This document shows positions 1-12,830 of a stretch of 64,000 nucleotides of DNA, piece after piece. Position 1 is the first letter of the stretch. Each line of letters starts with the position of its first letter. This DNA is from Paraspadella gotoi (taxonomy: Eukaryota; Animalia; Chaetognatha). The position numbers and the translations under genes were made by a program. The stretch covers positions 13,552,015 through 13,616,014 of the forward strand of contig CM119267.1 of NCBI GenBank assembly GCA_051294375.1, given 5' to 3'. The notes under the pieces are model-generated. The model had not been told where the DNA came from and made no database searches. It saw only the letters and a program-made list of their open reading frames with translations.

Positions 1-1200
1 CTTTTTCAGCAGGTTTAAGAAAACTTAATATTAGAAAATAAAAGTTTTCAACATTTGTTGAATAATTAGGTTAAAAAAGTATCTAAGCACTTTTTAAAAA
101 CAAATTTTATTATTATAAATATAGTTTTAAAAAATAATATTAAAACTTCAGAATATTTTAATTTTATCATATTTTTTGATATGATAGAGAACAAAAAGTT
201 AAATAAAAAATATATTTACAACTTTTGAAAATTCTTACGTTTTCTTGGTCAAAATTTAGAAAAACTAACAAAATTATCAAAAAATAATGATGATAATAAT
301 TTTTAATTGTTTTAATAATGATGATAATAATTTTTTTTTAATAGTTTTAATAATGATGATAATAATTTTTAATTGTTTTTTCACCCACTTATGAGCAGAA
401 TATCAAAAAAAGAATTATACTTTGTGCAGACAACTTTTTGCAAGCTACCCGAATCCGATCTTAAAAGTAAAAAAAATCTAAAAAATTTTTTTTAACCATT
501 TCCATCTATAAATAAATAGAGGCGGAAGAGGAAGAAGAAAAGGTGTCTCGAACGAGAATGGGGAAGAGAAATGGGGGAATCCAGTGAAATATACTCATCC
601 CACTATCTGTTATTTTTTTTAAAAAATGTATAAATTTTCGTTTGAGCAGGCGCTCAATTAAAATTTTTGACCCAACTTAAATCATGTCAGAACATCGAAT
701 TATTATAAATTATTATTATTAAACGCGCTTGCATGAAAGCCGAAACATGTCCTGCTATATTACAAATGAAATCGTTGTTGTTAAGACTTCGTCTTTATTT
801 TCATTTATCTAAAACAACGAAAAGAAAGAACTTTCCCAGTGATAAATTAACTCATGAGTGGATGGGGGGATTGACTTAAAAATGTGGGTAGAAAAGTGTG
901 TAATTGAGCAGGAAATCAAGTTTTGGAATGGTCCGAGTGGAAATGAGTTTAATTAAAAAAAACAAAAAAACCTGTTTTACTAATTGATTTTGCTTCTTTT
1001 TTCATTAATAAATTTATTAATCAGTTAATCAATTAGTCAATTAATTAATAATTATTAGACACTAGACAGTAAAGCGTAGTAAAAATTCTAAATTTAACTA
1101 TATACTATCAATATAAACTATCAATTTCGTTGCGTTTTGAAATTTGGGAGAAAAAAAAAACAATTTATTTGTTTTTATCAACGAATTGTATTATTAATAA

Positions 1201-1238
1201 GACATGTTTCGACTCTTGAGTTTTAGAGTCTTCATCAG
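1201..1238 (-). ncRNA. Minimal hammerhead ribozyme
   Basis: CTGATGA-A-GACTC/GAGTC-GAAACATGTC on the minus strand; inverted partner at 1938-1972 (+, truncated). Confidence 0.75.
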
Positions 1239-1972
1239 GTATGACAATCAATAATTTCTTACTCTTTAACATTAGGCAAGAACAGGCAATCGCCCACCTC
1301 ACCGTCAGGTGAGAGGAGGGCCGTCGGCAGGCCTCTCACCGTCAGGTGAGAGGAGGGCCGTCGGCAGGCCTATCAGGCCAGAGAGATATTCGAGTGGCGT
1401 TAGGCATTTTGCCAGGAGGATCATTACCAGGTCCCGAAATGTCATACTCTACAGTCATATCTTCTCAGCCCATGACAAGCCAATGACCCGAGCCTATCGC
1501 CAACGTCCCACCTTTGCCCGCCCGGGGGAGGGCCAGCTCATTTTGAGCTCTTTCTCTCAACTTAATTTCACTAACTCTTTACTTACCTATCCCTCATCAC
1601 TTATTCTTCTATTTCAATTTCAACTTCTTAAACTCATTAATTTATTTTCCAATGTTACTATTAGTTTAACTCTTAAGTTTGTTATTTTATTTCTTTATCA
1701 TTGTTATACATTACAAAAAATGTAAAGATTTTCTCTTACCCTGTCTCTCTCTCTCTCATTTCAAATTTCACCCAACTTACTTCTTCCCCTGATCTTACCT
1801 TCACTTGTCCTCATATCTGACCACTGTCCTTTGCTCAATTCTTTGTTGGAAACTCCCTCTTTTTTCTGTCTCTCTCTCTCTCTCTTTCTCTCTCTCTAAC
1901 CTAATGTTAAAGAGTAAGAAATTATTGATTGTCATAACTGATGAAGACTCTAAAACTCAAGAGTCGAAACAT
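1201..1972 (+). mobile_element. Penelope-pLTR-like hammerhead element with ~75-bp inverted termini
   Basis: 1201-1275 is the reverse complement of ~1899-1972. Contains a GC-rich ORF remnant, a CCAAT region, (CT)n and the conserved GACCACTGTCC...TGTTGGAAACT block. Confidence 0.65.
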
Positions 1973-2776
1973 TAATTAATAATCACTGATGGTATGTTGT
2001 TAATAATTGACATTTAATATTTTTGTATGTAACTTTCACTATGCCCTACTAGACAGCCTTCTTTAAATTAAATTAAAAATAAAATTTTTCTTCATCCCCA
2101 AAATTTTCACTTAGCCTAAGCTCTTGTCCTGACAGTAAGGTTTCAGATTTTTATCATTCAAGAGATGGTATATTTCCATTTTCTTTTTCCTCCGATCATA
2201 TGAACCGTGATTACTCTTAAAAAATTAATAAAATTCTTATAAAATAATTTTATTTTAAATATATGAAATAAATATCCAATAAAATTTTAATTTAAAAAAA
2301 TAGAATTGATTTTAAAAGCCTGGCTTCTTTTGTTTAAAATTACCCTACCAGTTTTTTTTAATCCTAGCCTACGGGAAAGTTTTTTTTTATACCCCTTGGA
2401 ATTACCATTAGGGGTAAGTTTTATTGTTCCCAAAAGGAATTAGGATTGGGAGCGCCCCTTTAAAGGTCAAAAATCTATTCACCAAGGGGTAGCCAAGACG
2501 GTATATCTCGATCTTTGAACGTTCTTGAACGTTATATTTTATAGTTTCTTATGAATTAGTTCATAATATTTTATTCATGATTCCATTTTAAACGTGTCTT
2601 TTGTTTTTGTTGAATTGTAATAGTTTAGTTTTTACTTGTTTCCCGTTTTCTTTTACACTGTTACTATTTTTGACTTTTTCCATACGGTAAAAAGTAGCTA
2701 AAATTAGCAATCCCCATCTTACCCCATGTCCCCGCCGTCTTCCCATAGTACAACTTACTCCACAACCCCACAACAA

Positions 2777-2835
2777 GAGGGAAGGGGCGTCTAACCCACT
2801 GGTAGTGACGGCCGAGAGTCCGATCCAAAGTTTAG
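2777..2835 (+). ncRNA. Degenerate twister motif
   Basis: GAGG-GA-AG-G-GGCGTC-TAA-CCC-AC...CCGA-TCCAAA-GT-TTAG; several broken pairs. Confidence 0.35.
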
Positions 2836-2909
2836 AACATTGAACGAAAAAAAAAAATTAATAACCAAACTAAACTAAAACTTTCAGGGTTAAACGTGTA
2901 CTTCAATTA

Positions 2910-5900
2910 TTACTGATCACTACCATATCCAGATAAGGAAGTTAATCTTCTTTTTCGTGTTCTTGTTGTTAGCATGGGATTAATAAATGGTTCAAGATCT
3001 TTGTTTCCTTTATGAGGTTCAATGCCATCTATTTTAGGCTTCAACTGAGGCTCTGTTAACTTGTTAAATTTTAAGGATAAATCTGATTTAGGCTTAATTT
3101 GAATGCAACCGTTATATTTTTTAAAATGTCCAGTATTTTTTTCAGGCTTTGTTTATAGTTTTAAAAAGTTTAATTACGTGTGACAGTATTTTTTATGCAA
3201 TGTATTTTTTTTTTTCAAATTAAAACCTTAAAAATTTCTTGAGAGGTATTGATGACTTAAAAAATACATTCAGATTCGTCAGTAAAAAATCATAAAAGCA
3301 TAATATGTTTTAAAATTGGTACAACCAATATAAACTTATCCATTCCAGAGGAGGATTTAGCCTGCCATCCAATTCTCCTCTTCCTCTTCTTTCCTCCTCC
3401 TCCTTCTGCCCCTCAGTATATTTTGTCTAGCGATACATTCTCTCGTTTCTACTCTTCGCGAAATATACCATTATTTTCCCTCTATTTCTTCACGCCTTCA
3501 ATACCCCTCAAGCATTCATTTAATAAATTAGTTATCTTTCCCCCGACTTGGGACAGGCTTTGGTGATTTAAGGCCTCCATCACACTTACAAGATAATGAA
3601 TTAGAAGGTCCAGAGTACCTGGCTTTCCTCTTAATGAAGTAGTATATTTTCAAGAATGTTTCAATTGTAAAAAGGACAACCTCCCACAATGCTCAGAGGC
3701 ACGGATCATCTCACTGGCTTTAAGCTAAGAGCTTAGACATACATATTTTATCAAATATAAATCTTAATTATCCTTCATTTAAACACGATTCATGTTGAAA
3801 TCTGTCTACATACGCAAATGATATGTATAAGCACTTATACATTTAAAAATTTGTACCGCCAATCAGTTTGACGCAAATACTACCACAGTAACAGAAAACT
3901 ATAATCAAAGCCAAAATTTTCAACCTGAGAGTTTTTTACAACACTTTCTAAACCTCCAATGGATTCTTGAAGATTTTTACTATTTGAAGGTTGGTAAAAG
4001 TTATCCTTTAAGTTGTTTTTAGCATCTTTCTGGAACTTTTCCAAAGATAATTCGGTTTCCCCTTCAATAGAGCAATACAAAGTTGCTTCAAAATCATACT
4101 TCTCTTTTCCTTCCGACAATGATTCTGATTTCTCCTCAGTAATATTTTGATCACTTACATCAAATTTTAAATTATTAACTTTTCGCAAACAGCTAACACA
4201 AGATTTTTCAGGCTCAGCTTTAGAAATGATAGATATCTCTGAAAAGTTTGTAATATCAGCTTGGGATAGAGCTTGCTTGACAACAACCGAATTTTCCAGC
4301 GAAGCAATATTATTATGGCTTTTCCTAACTTTGTCGTCTTCAGATTCATCAGAGCTAACGCAAATAATTTCAATCGAAAGATTAGGACCTTCTTTAACGT
4401 TACTTTTTTTTAAAGTACCAACTATCTTTGCTGGAGCAACTTTATCGAAAACAATCGTGGATTTAACATTTGGCTCGGGGTCTTCCTCCATAAAAGCTCC
4501 CGGAGAAGACATTACTTTATAAATTTTTCCCTCAAAAGACGGTGATTTTAATAATGTTGGAGACAGAGGATCTTCTAAACGAGGAAGGTTGATTAAATTA
4601 GTGAAAGAACTCGAGGGCAATTCTAAATTACGCGTGAGTGAAGAACAAGGCATGGGCAAACTTGATAATAATGACCGATTAGGTGAATTCGGCAAAGATC
4701 TAAACGATCTATCTTTACTATTATTGGTTATGCTGCTACTTATGGTAGTATCTGAAAACCAATTTGAAGGTAAATGGTCCGTCTCATTTTTTTCCTGTTT
4801 AGCGTGGCTATCCAATGGTGGAAATGCGTTTTTATTTACGTGGACTGGGTTAATCCAAGAATTCTCTATATTCCCATTTTGCCGAATAGTGCTTGGTTCA
4901 CGCGAAAACTCAGTACCAAGACTGACTGTTCCTGACAAAGATTTGCTCCGATTGCAGCAAATGTTTTCATCTGAAAGAAAAATAAGAAAATAGTTACTAG
5001 TTACAATGCATTGCTCAAAAATAATACTTAGTAGTTACCGTTTGTTTTATTCAGCCCTGGTTTCGTCAGACTGGTGCAAACTTGAGAAATATCTGGTCCG
5101 CGAACAGTATTATTAAAATCAACGGTTGTGGCTTTAGTAGAACCAGCAGCATATCCTTCCTATCAGTTGAAGATTATTTCAACAACTTTTTAAAAATGAA
5201 TCAGTTATACACCACATAAAAATGTTAAACTGATTCATTTTATTACATTCTTTTGATTACATGGTATGTATGTACATTGTATGTATATTGTATAATGTTC
5301 TAAGTACCTAAAAATAATGAAGTAAAATGACGATATTTAGAAAAACCACTTTAGTTTTTAGAATAGAAATATATCTTTTCAGCTCGGGATAATGTTCGCT
5401 TTAATTCTAATTAGGTACAAATTTTTATATATCTATTCACCAGTTTCTCTGTCGACTAATTTGTATTAAATTTTAACAGTGAAATTGTGGCGAATCCTAA
5501 ATTCGCCTCCTGTATAGCTTGGTGAAACTCAGCTCGTCCCATTGGCTTGGACAGCTAAGTACTCATTCACCAACCGTGAGTTCCGGGTTCAATCCCCTCA
5601 CCGTCACGCTGGTTAAAGTGTGATGGTGTCGGCATAAACACGCCAGTGACATGTGGTGGTCACTGCAGGTCCAAAGCCCTGGGCGCCAGCTGTCGGGAGA
5701 TGCATCACACCCTGGGCATCACAAATGTCCCCTCGATGGCATAAAATTCAGAAAAAAAAAAAGATTCAGAGCTTAAAGCATTGAGATTCTAACCCATATA
5801 AAGACCTTATTCTTAGTCATTTTAAAATAACATAAGAGTGATGGAGGCCTTAAACCACCAAAGCCTGTCCAAAGTCAGGGGCAAGATAGCTTATTTATTA

Positions 5901-6777
5901 AATGAATGGATAATTTTTATATTGGTTGTACCAATTTCATAAAAGGTATATATAATTATAAACCATTAAATTAAATGTGTTTTAGCTAAATGTTGTACAG
6001 TACAGTTTTAAAGTAAAAGCTTGAGAGAAACATTTTCTAATGGTGCAAGTTATGTTGAATATCAACCTGAGGGTTACTTGGAGCGTGTACGCCGGAATAT
6101 ACATTATCAAATCGATATGTTGAAAGGCGCGCCATGGAGTTCGATTCATTTCCCTCCATTAGACTGTTGTGTGGCGGTTTTTCCTCCAGCTTGATATCTT
6201 CCCGACGCTTGTGCGGCTGAAAAGAATGAATCCGTCGAACCCCACTTCCAAACGCCATTCGGGAATTTTGTGAAAACCCAGCTGCACTGAAATCGGATAA
6301 GCTCGTCACGCCCTTAACTGATCTTTTTTGCCGAGAATAAATCTTGGGACAGCGGGAAACAGAAAAGGCTCCAACATCTTGCAAGTAATCCCCAGCCAAG
6401 TAATCCCCAGCCAAAGACGACAGGGTCTTGTCGGACGCTTGATTGTAATATTTGTACGGCCTGCGGGAAAAGCGTGTACCTCCCATTCCGCCCGTAGGAG
6501 AAGGGGAACCAGAAGATGAATAAGGGGACGAAGAATGGAAAGAAGGATAACTTGAACAACCGCTTGCGAAAAGATCTGCATCACGTCTGAACGTTAAACG
6601 ATTGACGGAAGGGCGTGTCACGGGGACGACTTCGGGACCACAGCTGATGCGCTCATTCAAAGCTTGTGATAGACGGGTGCGCGATGACAGCGTCTGACAG
6701 ACGTAGGTTTCCTCTTCAGCGTCACTCGTCTCTGTCAGGTCAACAATTAACTCTCGGCCGGGTGGAGGCGTCGACAT
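2910..6777 (-). CDS. Spliced gene for a ~700-aa Ser-rich, probably disordered nuclear protein with SIM-like motifs; exons 6777-6067, 5159-5039, 4970-3925, and a tentative last exon ~3147-2910
   Basis: ATG at 6777 (MSTPPPGRELIVDLTETSDAEEE). GT-AG introns are phase-compatible: CAG|GTTGAT, TAG|GAAGGA, AACG|GTAACT, TTTCAG|ATGAAA. Exon 2 reads EGYAAGSTKATTVDFNN... and joins ORF 3880-4938 in frame. The last exon reads ...TTRTRKRRLTSLSGYGSDQ* (NLS-like). The last acceptor is uncertain. Confidence 0.7.
3542..3584 (-). ncRNA. Second copy of the compact twister motif
   Basis: Reverse complement reads TGT-GATGG-AGGCCT-TAA-ATC-AC-CAAAG-CCTG-TCCCAA-GT-CGGG; shares downstream AAGATA.CT.ATTTATTAAATGAATG with the 5837 copy. 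Confidence 0.55.
5488..5762 (+). mobile_element. tRNA-derived SINE family 1 with internal twister
   Basis: 5' hairpin GGCGAAT/ATTCGCC, B-box GGTTCAATCCC (5586), A-rich tail. Other copies at 44877-45850 (split by a MITE) and 38797-39720. Confidence 0.75.
5608..5690 (+). ncRNA. Type-P5 twister ribozyme, apparently intact; predicted cleavage 5635/5636
   Basis: P5 GCTGG/CCAGC; P2 GTGT/ACAC; GA-TG-G; P1 TG-TCGG-CA; T^AA; T2 GC/GC; P3 AGTGAC/GTCACT; P4 CAGG/CCTG; L4 TCCAAA with T1 CA/TG. Confidence 0.85.
5837..5879 (+). ncRNA. Compact type-P5 twister motif (short-repeat family)
   Basis: GT-GA-TG-G-AGGCCT-T^AA-ACC-AC-CAAAG-CCTG-TCCAAA-GT-CAGG; T2 AC/GT, T1 TG/CA, P4 CCTG/CAGG. Confidence 0.65.
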
Positions 6778-7083
6778 TTTCGACGGCTCATTCACTCATA
6801 ACTGTCACTTCAAGTTGATTTCGCTAAACAGGAAAGAACATTTGACATGACCAAATAAGTCAAAGAAAATAGAACTTAAACAAAAAACTATGAAATACCG
6901 TCAAAAGTTCAATTATAACATAATTGCTACCAGAACGTCTAACTAGATATGTATCCACGATTTAAATTTCAGACGTATCGTTACTATCAGGTCTTCAAAA
7001 TAATGAAAAGGGAAATAATTTAACAATAACTTGCCCCAGTAGACTAATAATGTAACAAACTGAGAAAAAGCTGTTCTCGACTC

Positions 7084-7260
7084 TCACTCGCGATAGTATC
7101 CACGACAGGGAATTAGCGGACGCATCGAAGGAGAGGAGTCGGGTGAGGTTCGACCAACGTTCAAGACCCGACGGTGGGATCCCCTGCCCAGCATCATGTA
7201 AGGATTTCTTTTTAACCACCGATCGAAGCATTCTTCAGATACGCAGGCTTCATCGTTCAT
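7084..7260 (-). CDS. Candidate 58-aa uORF or microprotein in a GC-rich upstream exon
   Basis: ATG at 7260, MNDEACVSEECFDRWLKRNPYMMLGRG...YYRE*. CpG-rich island with GTGAG donor-like site near its end. Cannot be joined in frame to the main ORF (in-frame stops after the acceptor at ~6824). Confidence 0.3.
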   Translation of the reverse strand: MNDEACVSEECFDRWLKRNPYMMLGRGSHRRVLNVGRTSPDSSPSMRPLIPCRGYYRE

Positions 7261-8127
7261 GCGACGATTCTCGTTCGGCTTAGACTGTTTCGTTTGAGGG
7301 ACGTCACACTCATAGTAAAGACAAGTCGACTGACGCTCATAGGGAGGAGAACGGTATTCTCTTGACAATTTAAGGAAATTGGAATGTCAAAATCAGAAGT
7401 TAATTTAATATAAATGAAAATATTTAAAAAGTTCAGTTCGCTTAATTTTAATTTCGTTGATTAGAATATTGGTACCTGAGTAAATCATGATATGATTGGT
7501 GATTTAGGAATTTTATCTTTTGTTTTATTTATTTTTAAGATTTTTTTTCGGGTAACTTTACCATTCAACGTCCGCAACCAACTTTAGCTACCACCGGTCG
7601 GTGCTTTGTTAATCCATTTAATTTTGTTTTCCCTATAATTTTATAATAAAAATAATTGTTTTAAATTTATTTTAATTGCTATTTTCATGTTTGAGTTAGA
7701 AAATGAATTGTTTGTTTACGTACGAGTTTTATTAACAAACAAATTTCAGCTTCAATATAAGCTTTAATCAGCGCAAAAACGAATTTATTTGTGAAACAAA
7801 TACTTTAACAGACTTTTTCTTTCTTCAAACTTCAAAGTCTGTGAAAATATTTCTTTCACAAATCAATTCGTTTTTGCGCTTATGAAAGTTTACATTTAAG
7901 CCGAAACATGTCCGATATTTATATTTTTTAATAAAACTCGTACATAAACAAACAAGGAAAGGAAAGAAAAAAAAAAAAATTTTATGTTATATTTTTTAAA
8001 CGGTTAGCTATTGGGTTATGGTCGGTTAGGGATTAGGGTTTGTTAGGGATTAGGGGTGGTTAGGGATTTGTAATAAAAAGTTTTTCTACCCTTACCAATG
8101 TCTTTTTTTATTTTTGAGTAGCGAGAT

Positions 8128-8736
8128 TAGAGCCAAACTTTGTCAATGGGGTGGGTCAGAAGTTTGATTTGGGAACCTTCCCAAATGAAACTTCATACAT
8201 TTCTGAGAAAGCTTTCAAAGGACCAAAATTTTCTAAAATGGCAAGAAGCACTAGTAATTAATTTTTAATATTTATTTATAGATAGGAAATGACAAAAAAA
8301 TTTTTTTAAATTTTGTATTTTTAAAAGCAGATTCAGATAGCTTATTAAAAGTTGTCTACACAAAGTATAATTCTTTTTTCAATATTTTGATGATAAGTGG
8401 GTCAGAATTAGGAAAAACCTAAAAAAATCATCATCATCATTATCCGATGATTTTAATAGTTATTGCTAATTTTTAATAATAAAACATCAAAATTTTAAAA
8501 AGTTGTAATTACATTTTTTGTTTAACTTTTTAAGCTCTATCAGAATCAATTAAAAAAACTTAAAATATCTAAAAAAATTTTTTGACATTATATAGCAATA
8601 TAATAATTTTAATTAACAAATTACTCATGATTCGGAACATTTTTGAAAAAAAATATTTTAACACAATAACTAATACTAATAATGGATTCGTTTAATGCTG
8701 TTTCCATTAAAATTTAAATTTGGTCGGCTACCGCTA
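8128..8736 (+). mobile_element. ~600-bp TAG...CTA element with 7-bp TSD
   Basis: TSD GCGAGAT on both sides; copies at 23209-23761 (-) and 47669-48276. Confidence 0.8.
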
Positions 8737-8929
8737 GCGAGATTTCTATACGTCGCTGATAAGAAGCGGAAAAAAAAATAACCGACCGCAAAATCCCGAT
8801 CGGCGAATGTAAAAAGCCTTTTTTAGTCGGATCTGCTGCAGATCCCGACTCTATAATTCACTTTGTCGGTCCGTCAAAAAAAAGGAGAAGAAGATTTTTT
8901 AACTGCTTAGATTACATGGGACAATTTTA

Positions 8930-9733
8930 CAAGCGCCGGTAAAAAAAAAAGTCATTTGCAAACCAGTATTTATTTCATTGATTTTAAGAATTAGTTGAGT
9001 AGAAAATATTAAAGTCATTTGTGTTCAAATTTTATATTGATCATTAAGATATGCCTTGACAATGACTGGAGAAATTGAGCTTTTCATTCAATTTTTTTTT
9101 TAACTTTTAACACTTTTTTAAAAACAAATATATTATTAAGATATTAACAATAAAAGTGAATTATCTAAAATTTTTAAATCTTATTTTAAAATATATAAGC
9201 TGTTTAAATTATTATAAACAATAAATAATTAGTATATTATATATATTATATAAGTATCATGAAAGATCCTTAAAAAAAAAGGATTTAAGATAGCCAATCA
9301 CAATTTGCTAAAAATCTTTATTTCACCCTCCAGCTATTGATTTTTGGAAAGATGTTTCGTTTTTAAATATCCTAATTAAATTAAAGCTAAGCCGGTTAAA
9401 TTTTATACTACAGTATTCGTAAGTACGTATATTATCTTTAGATTGGAAAAGGCTTTCAGAAGATAATAATATTAATATTATTTTATTTCAAATTTCTTCA
9501 GAAAACTTACTGAAAGTAAGAAAAAAAAAATCGAATTTAAAAAAAGTGAGTTTAAAAATCAAAGACGATTTTCAAATCCATCTTCCAGCTATCATTACTG
9601 AGGCATATCAAAGACGATCCTGATAAAATTTTAACACAAATGACTAATATTTCTATCTAATTTTCTACTAATTCTTAAAATCAATGAAATAACCACTGGT
9701 TTGCAAATGACAGCGTTTTTTTAGCGGCGCTTG
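8930..9733. mobile_element. Tc1/mariner-type MITE
   Basis: Long imperfect TIRs CAAGCGCC...GTCATTTGCAAACCAGT, flanked by TA on both sides. Confidence 0.75.
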
Positions 9734-10599
9734 TANNNNNNNNNNNNNNNNNNNNNNNNNTCGGGCACTTCATGTCAGAACATCGAATTATGATAAATAT
9801 ATGCAAAAAAAATTGATATCCGTCCGTCCGTCTGTCCCACCTTTGCCAAAAAAATGTTGTGTGTAGGTAGGGAAGTGTGTGATTGAGCTGGAATATGAAG
9901 TTTCGAGGAATCGTCTTAGTGGAAATGAGTTTAAAATAGAAAAAATAAAAAAACCTGTTTCACTAATTGATATAGCTTCTTTTTCTTTTATATTAAATTT
10001 AATGCAAGATGTATTAATTAATCAAATAATTAAGCAGTTAATTAATCAATAATTAAATAATCAGTCAATCAATTAAGTCAATCGTTATCTGCATTATTCT
10101 TATCGTCATCATTGCTTTATGTCGTGGTTAGTGATGAAAAAGACCTAAAAAATAAACATTTGGGATCAAATTAATTAATTACCGAATGATCGTGGGCAAT
10201 CCGACATTGCTCCAAACTTGTTTCTTTATACCATTTACCTTCGCTTTTCTCGATTCATGCCAAACCATAAGTCTGGGGTTGACAGACCTATGGAAAGCAT
10301 TTGATAATACAACTATTTTCTTTTAACAAAAATTGATAAAAGTGAATGAAGAGAGCTCGTCTCATCTTTATGTGTAGTCTCCATTTCGGGAAGTTCCCAA
10401 ATAATAAACCTTCTAATACCCACACTCCCACTCTGACTATTGTGCGTTTGCCTCCAATATCTACTTTATACGTCACAACTATAATCAAAAACAGAGCATT
10501 AGGTATTAAGAGTCTCGGTTTAGGTATGAAAACTATATTTTTAATTATCAAATCTCTTATCTCATCCCCATAATACACGCATAAACATTGAAACCCTAA

Positions 10600-12830
10600 A
10601 ATCACTTAACCGTATAATCTTACCCGAACGCATTAATTAACCAATAGGGTCTAACCTCCGGCAGACTTATTAACCGTTTAAAAAAATCAAATTAATACAT
10701 TAGATATTAATTTGTTATATACGTGTTCCTTCTTAGTGGTATTGGTTTATGTCTGTGATATTTTCTAGTTTAAAAAATAATAACTATTCGACATGTTTCG
10801 GCTTAAATGTAAACTTTCATAAGCGCAAAAACGAATTGATTTGTGAAAGAAATATTTCACAGACTTTGAAGTTTGAAGAAAGAAAAGTCTGTTAAAGATT
10901 TTTGTCACAAATAATTCATGTTTTTGCCGCTGATTGAGCCTTATATTGAAGCATGAAATTTGTTTGTTAATAAAACTCGTACGTAAACAAACAATTCATT
11001 TTCTAACTCAAACATGAAAATAGCAATTAAATAAATTAAAACAATTATTTTTATTATAAAATTATAGGGAAAACAAAATTAAATGGATTAACAAAGCACC
11101 GACCGTGGTAGCTAAAAGTGGTTGCGGACGTTGAATGGTAAAGTTACCCGGAAAAAAAATCTTTAAAATAAATATAAACAAAGATAAAATTCCTAAATCA
11201 CCAATCATATCATGATTTACTCAGGGTACCAATATTCTAATCAACGAAATTAAAATTAAGCGAACTGAACTTTTTAAATATTTTCATTTATATTAAATTA
11301 ACTTCTGATTTTGACATTCCAATTTCCTTAAATTGTCAAGAGAATACCGTTCTCCTCCCTATGGAGCGTCAAGTCGACTTGTCTTTACATGAGATGTGGA
11401 CGTCCCTCAAACGAAACAGTCTAAGCCGAACGAGAATCGTCGCATGAACGATGAAAGCCTGCGTACTGAAGAATGCTTCGATCGGTGGGTTAAAAAGAAA
11501 TCCTTACATGATGCTGGGCAGGGGATCCCACCGTCGGGTCTTGAACGTTGTCGAACCTCCCGACTCCTCTCCTTCGATGCGTCGCGCTAATTCCCTGTCG
11601 TGGATACTATCGCGAGTGAGAGTCGAGAAACAGCTTTTTCTCAGTTTGTTACATTATTAGTCTACTGGGGCAAGTTATGTTTAAATTATTTCCCTTTTCA
11701 TTATTTTGAGACCTGATAGTAACGATACGTCGTGAATTTAAAATCGTGGATACATATCTAGTTAGACGTTTCTGGTAGCAATTATGTTATAATTGAACTT
11801 TTTGACGGTATTTCATAGTTTTTGTTTAAGTTCTATTTTCTTTGACTTATTTGTCATGTCAATGTTCTTTCCTGTTTAGCGAATCAACTTGAAGTGACAG
11901 TTATGAGTGGAATGAGCCGTCGAAAATGTCGACGCCTTCCACCCGGCCGAGAGTTAATTGTTGACCTGACAGAGACGAGTGACGCTGAAGAGGAAACCTA
12001 CGTCTGTCAGACGCTGTCATCGCGCACCCGTCTATCACAAGCTTTGAATGAGCGCATCAGCTGTGGTCCCGAAGTTCGTCCCCGTGACACCCTTCCGTCA
12101 ATCGTTTAACGTTTCAGACGTGATGCAGATCTTTTCGCAAGCGGTTGTTCAAGTTATCCTTCTTTCCATTCTTCTTCCCCTTATTCATCTTCTGGTTCCC
12201 CTTCTCCTACGGGCGGAATGGAGGTACACGCTTTTCCCGCAGGCCGTTACAAATATTACAATCAAGCGTCGACACAGACCCTGTCGTCTTTGGCTGGGGA
12301 TTATCTTGGCTGGGGATTACCTTGCAAGATGTTTGGAGCCTTTTCTGTTTCCCGCATGTCCAAGATTTATTCTCGAGCAAAAAAAGATATCAGTTTAAGG
12401 GCGTGGACGAGCTTATCCGATTTCAGTGCAGCGGGTTTTTTCACTAAATTCCGAATGGCGTTGGAAGTGGGGTTCGACTGGCATTCATTCTTTTCAGGCG
12501 CGCACAAGCGTCGGAAGGATATCAAGCTGGAGGAAAAATCGCCACACTAAACAGTCTAATGGAGGGAAATGTAATCGAACTCCATTGGCGCGCCTTTGAC
12601 AAATATCGATTTGATATGTTTATTCGGCTGTACACGCTCCCAGCTACACCTCAGGTTGAATATTCAACATAACTTCACCATTAGAAAATGTTTCTCTTCA
12701 TCAAGCTTTTACTTTAAACTTTACTGAGACAACATTTAGCTAAACAACATTTTAATTTAAATGGTTTATAATTTATATCTTTAATGAAACTTGGTTACAA
12801 ACAATATAAAATTATCCATTCATTAATTGT
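10600..12830 (+). other. Inverted, indel-rich duplicate of ~5895-8070 (5' part of the SIM-motif gene); probable assembly artefact or pseudogene
   Basis: Near-identical reverse complement with many 1-nt indels that fragment the ORFs (11894-12550); lies beside the 25-N gap. Confidence 0.85.

Noticed and set aside
5489-5562. HDV-like ribozyme in the SINE 5' end
   Set aside because: Could not build the nested double pseudoknot; only a simple hairpin is supported.
10600-12830. Functional inverted paralog or giant hairpin locus
   Set aside because: Differences are almost all single-base indels that worsen toward the ends, next to a 25-N gap; typical of unpolished long-read gap filling.
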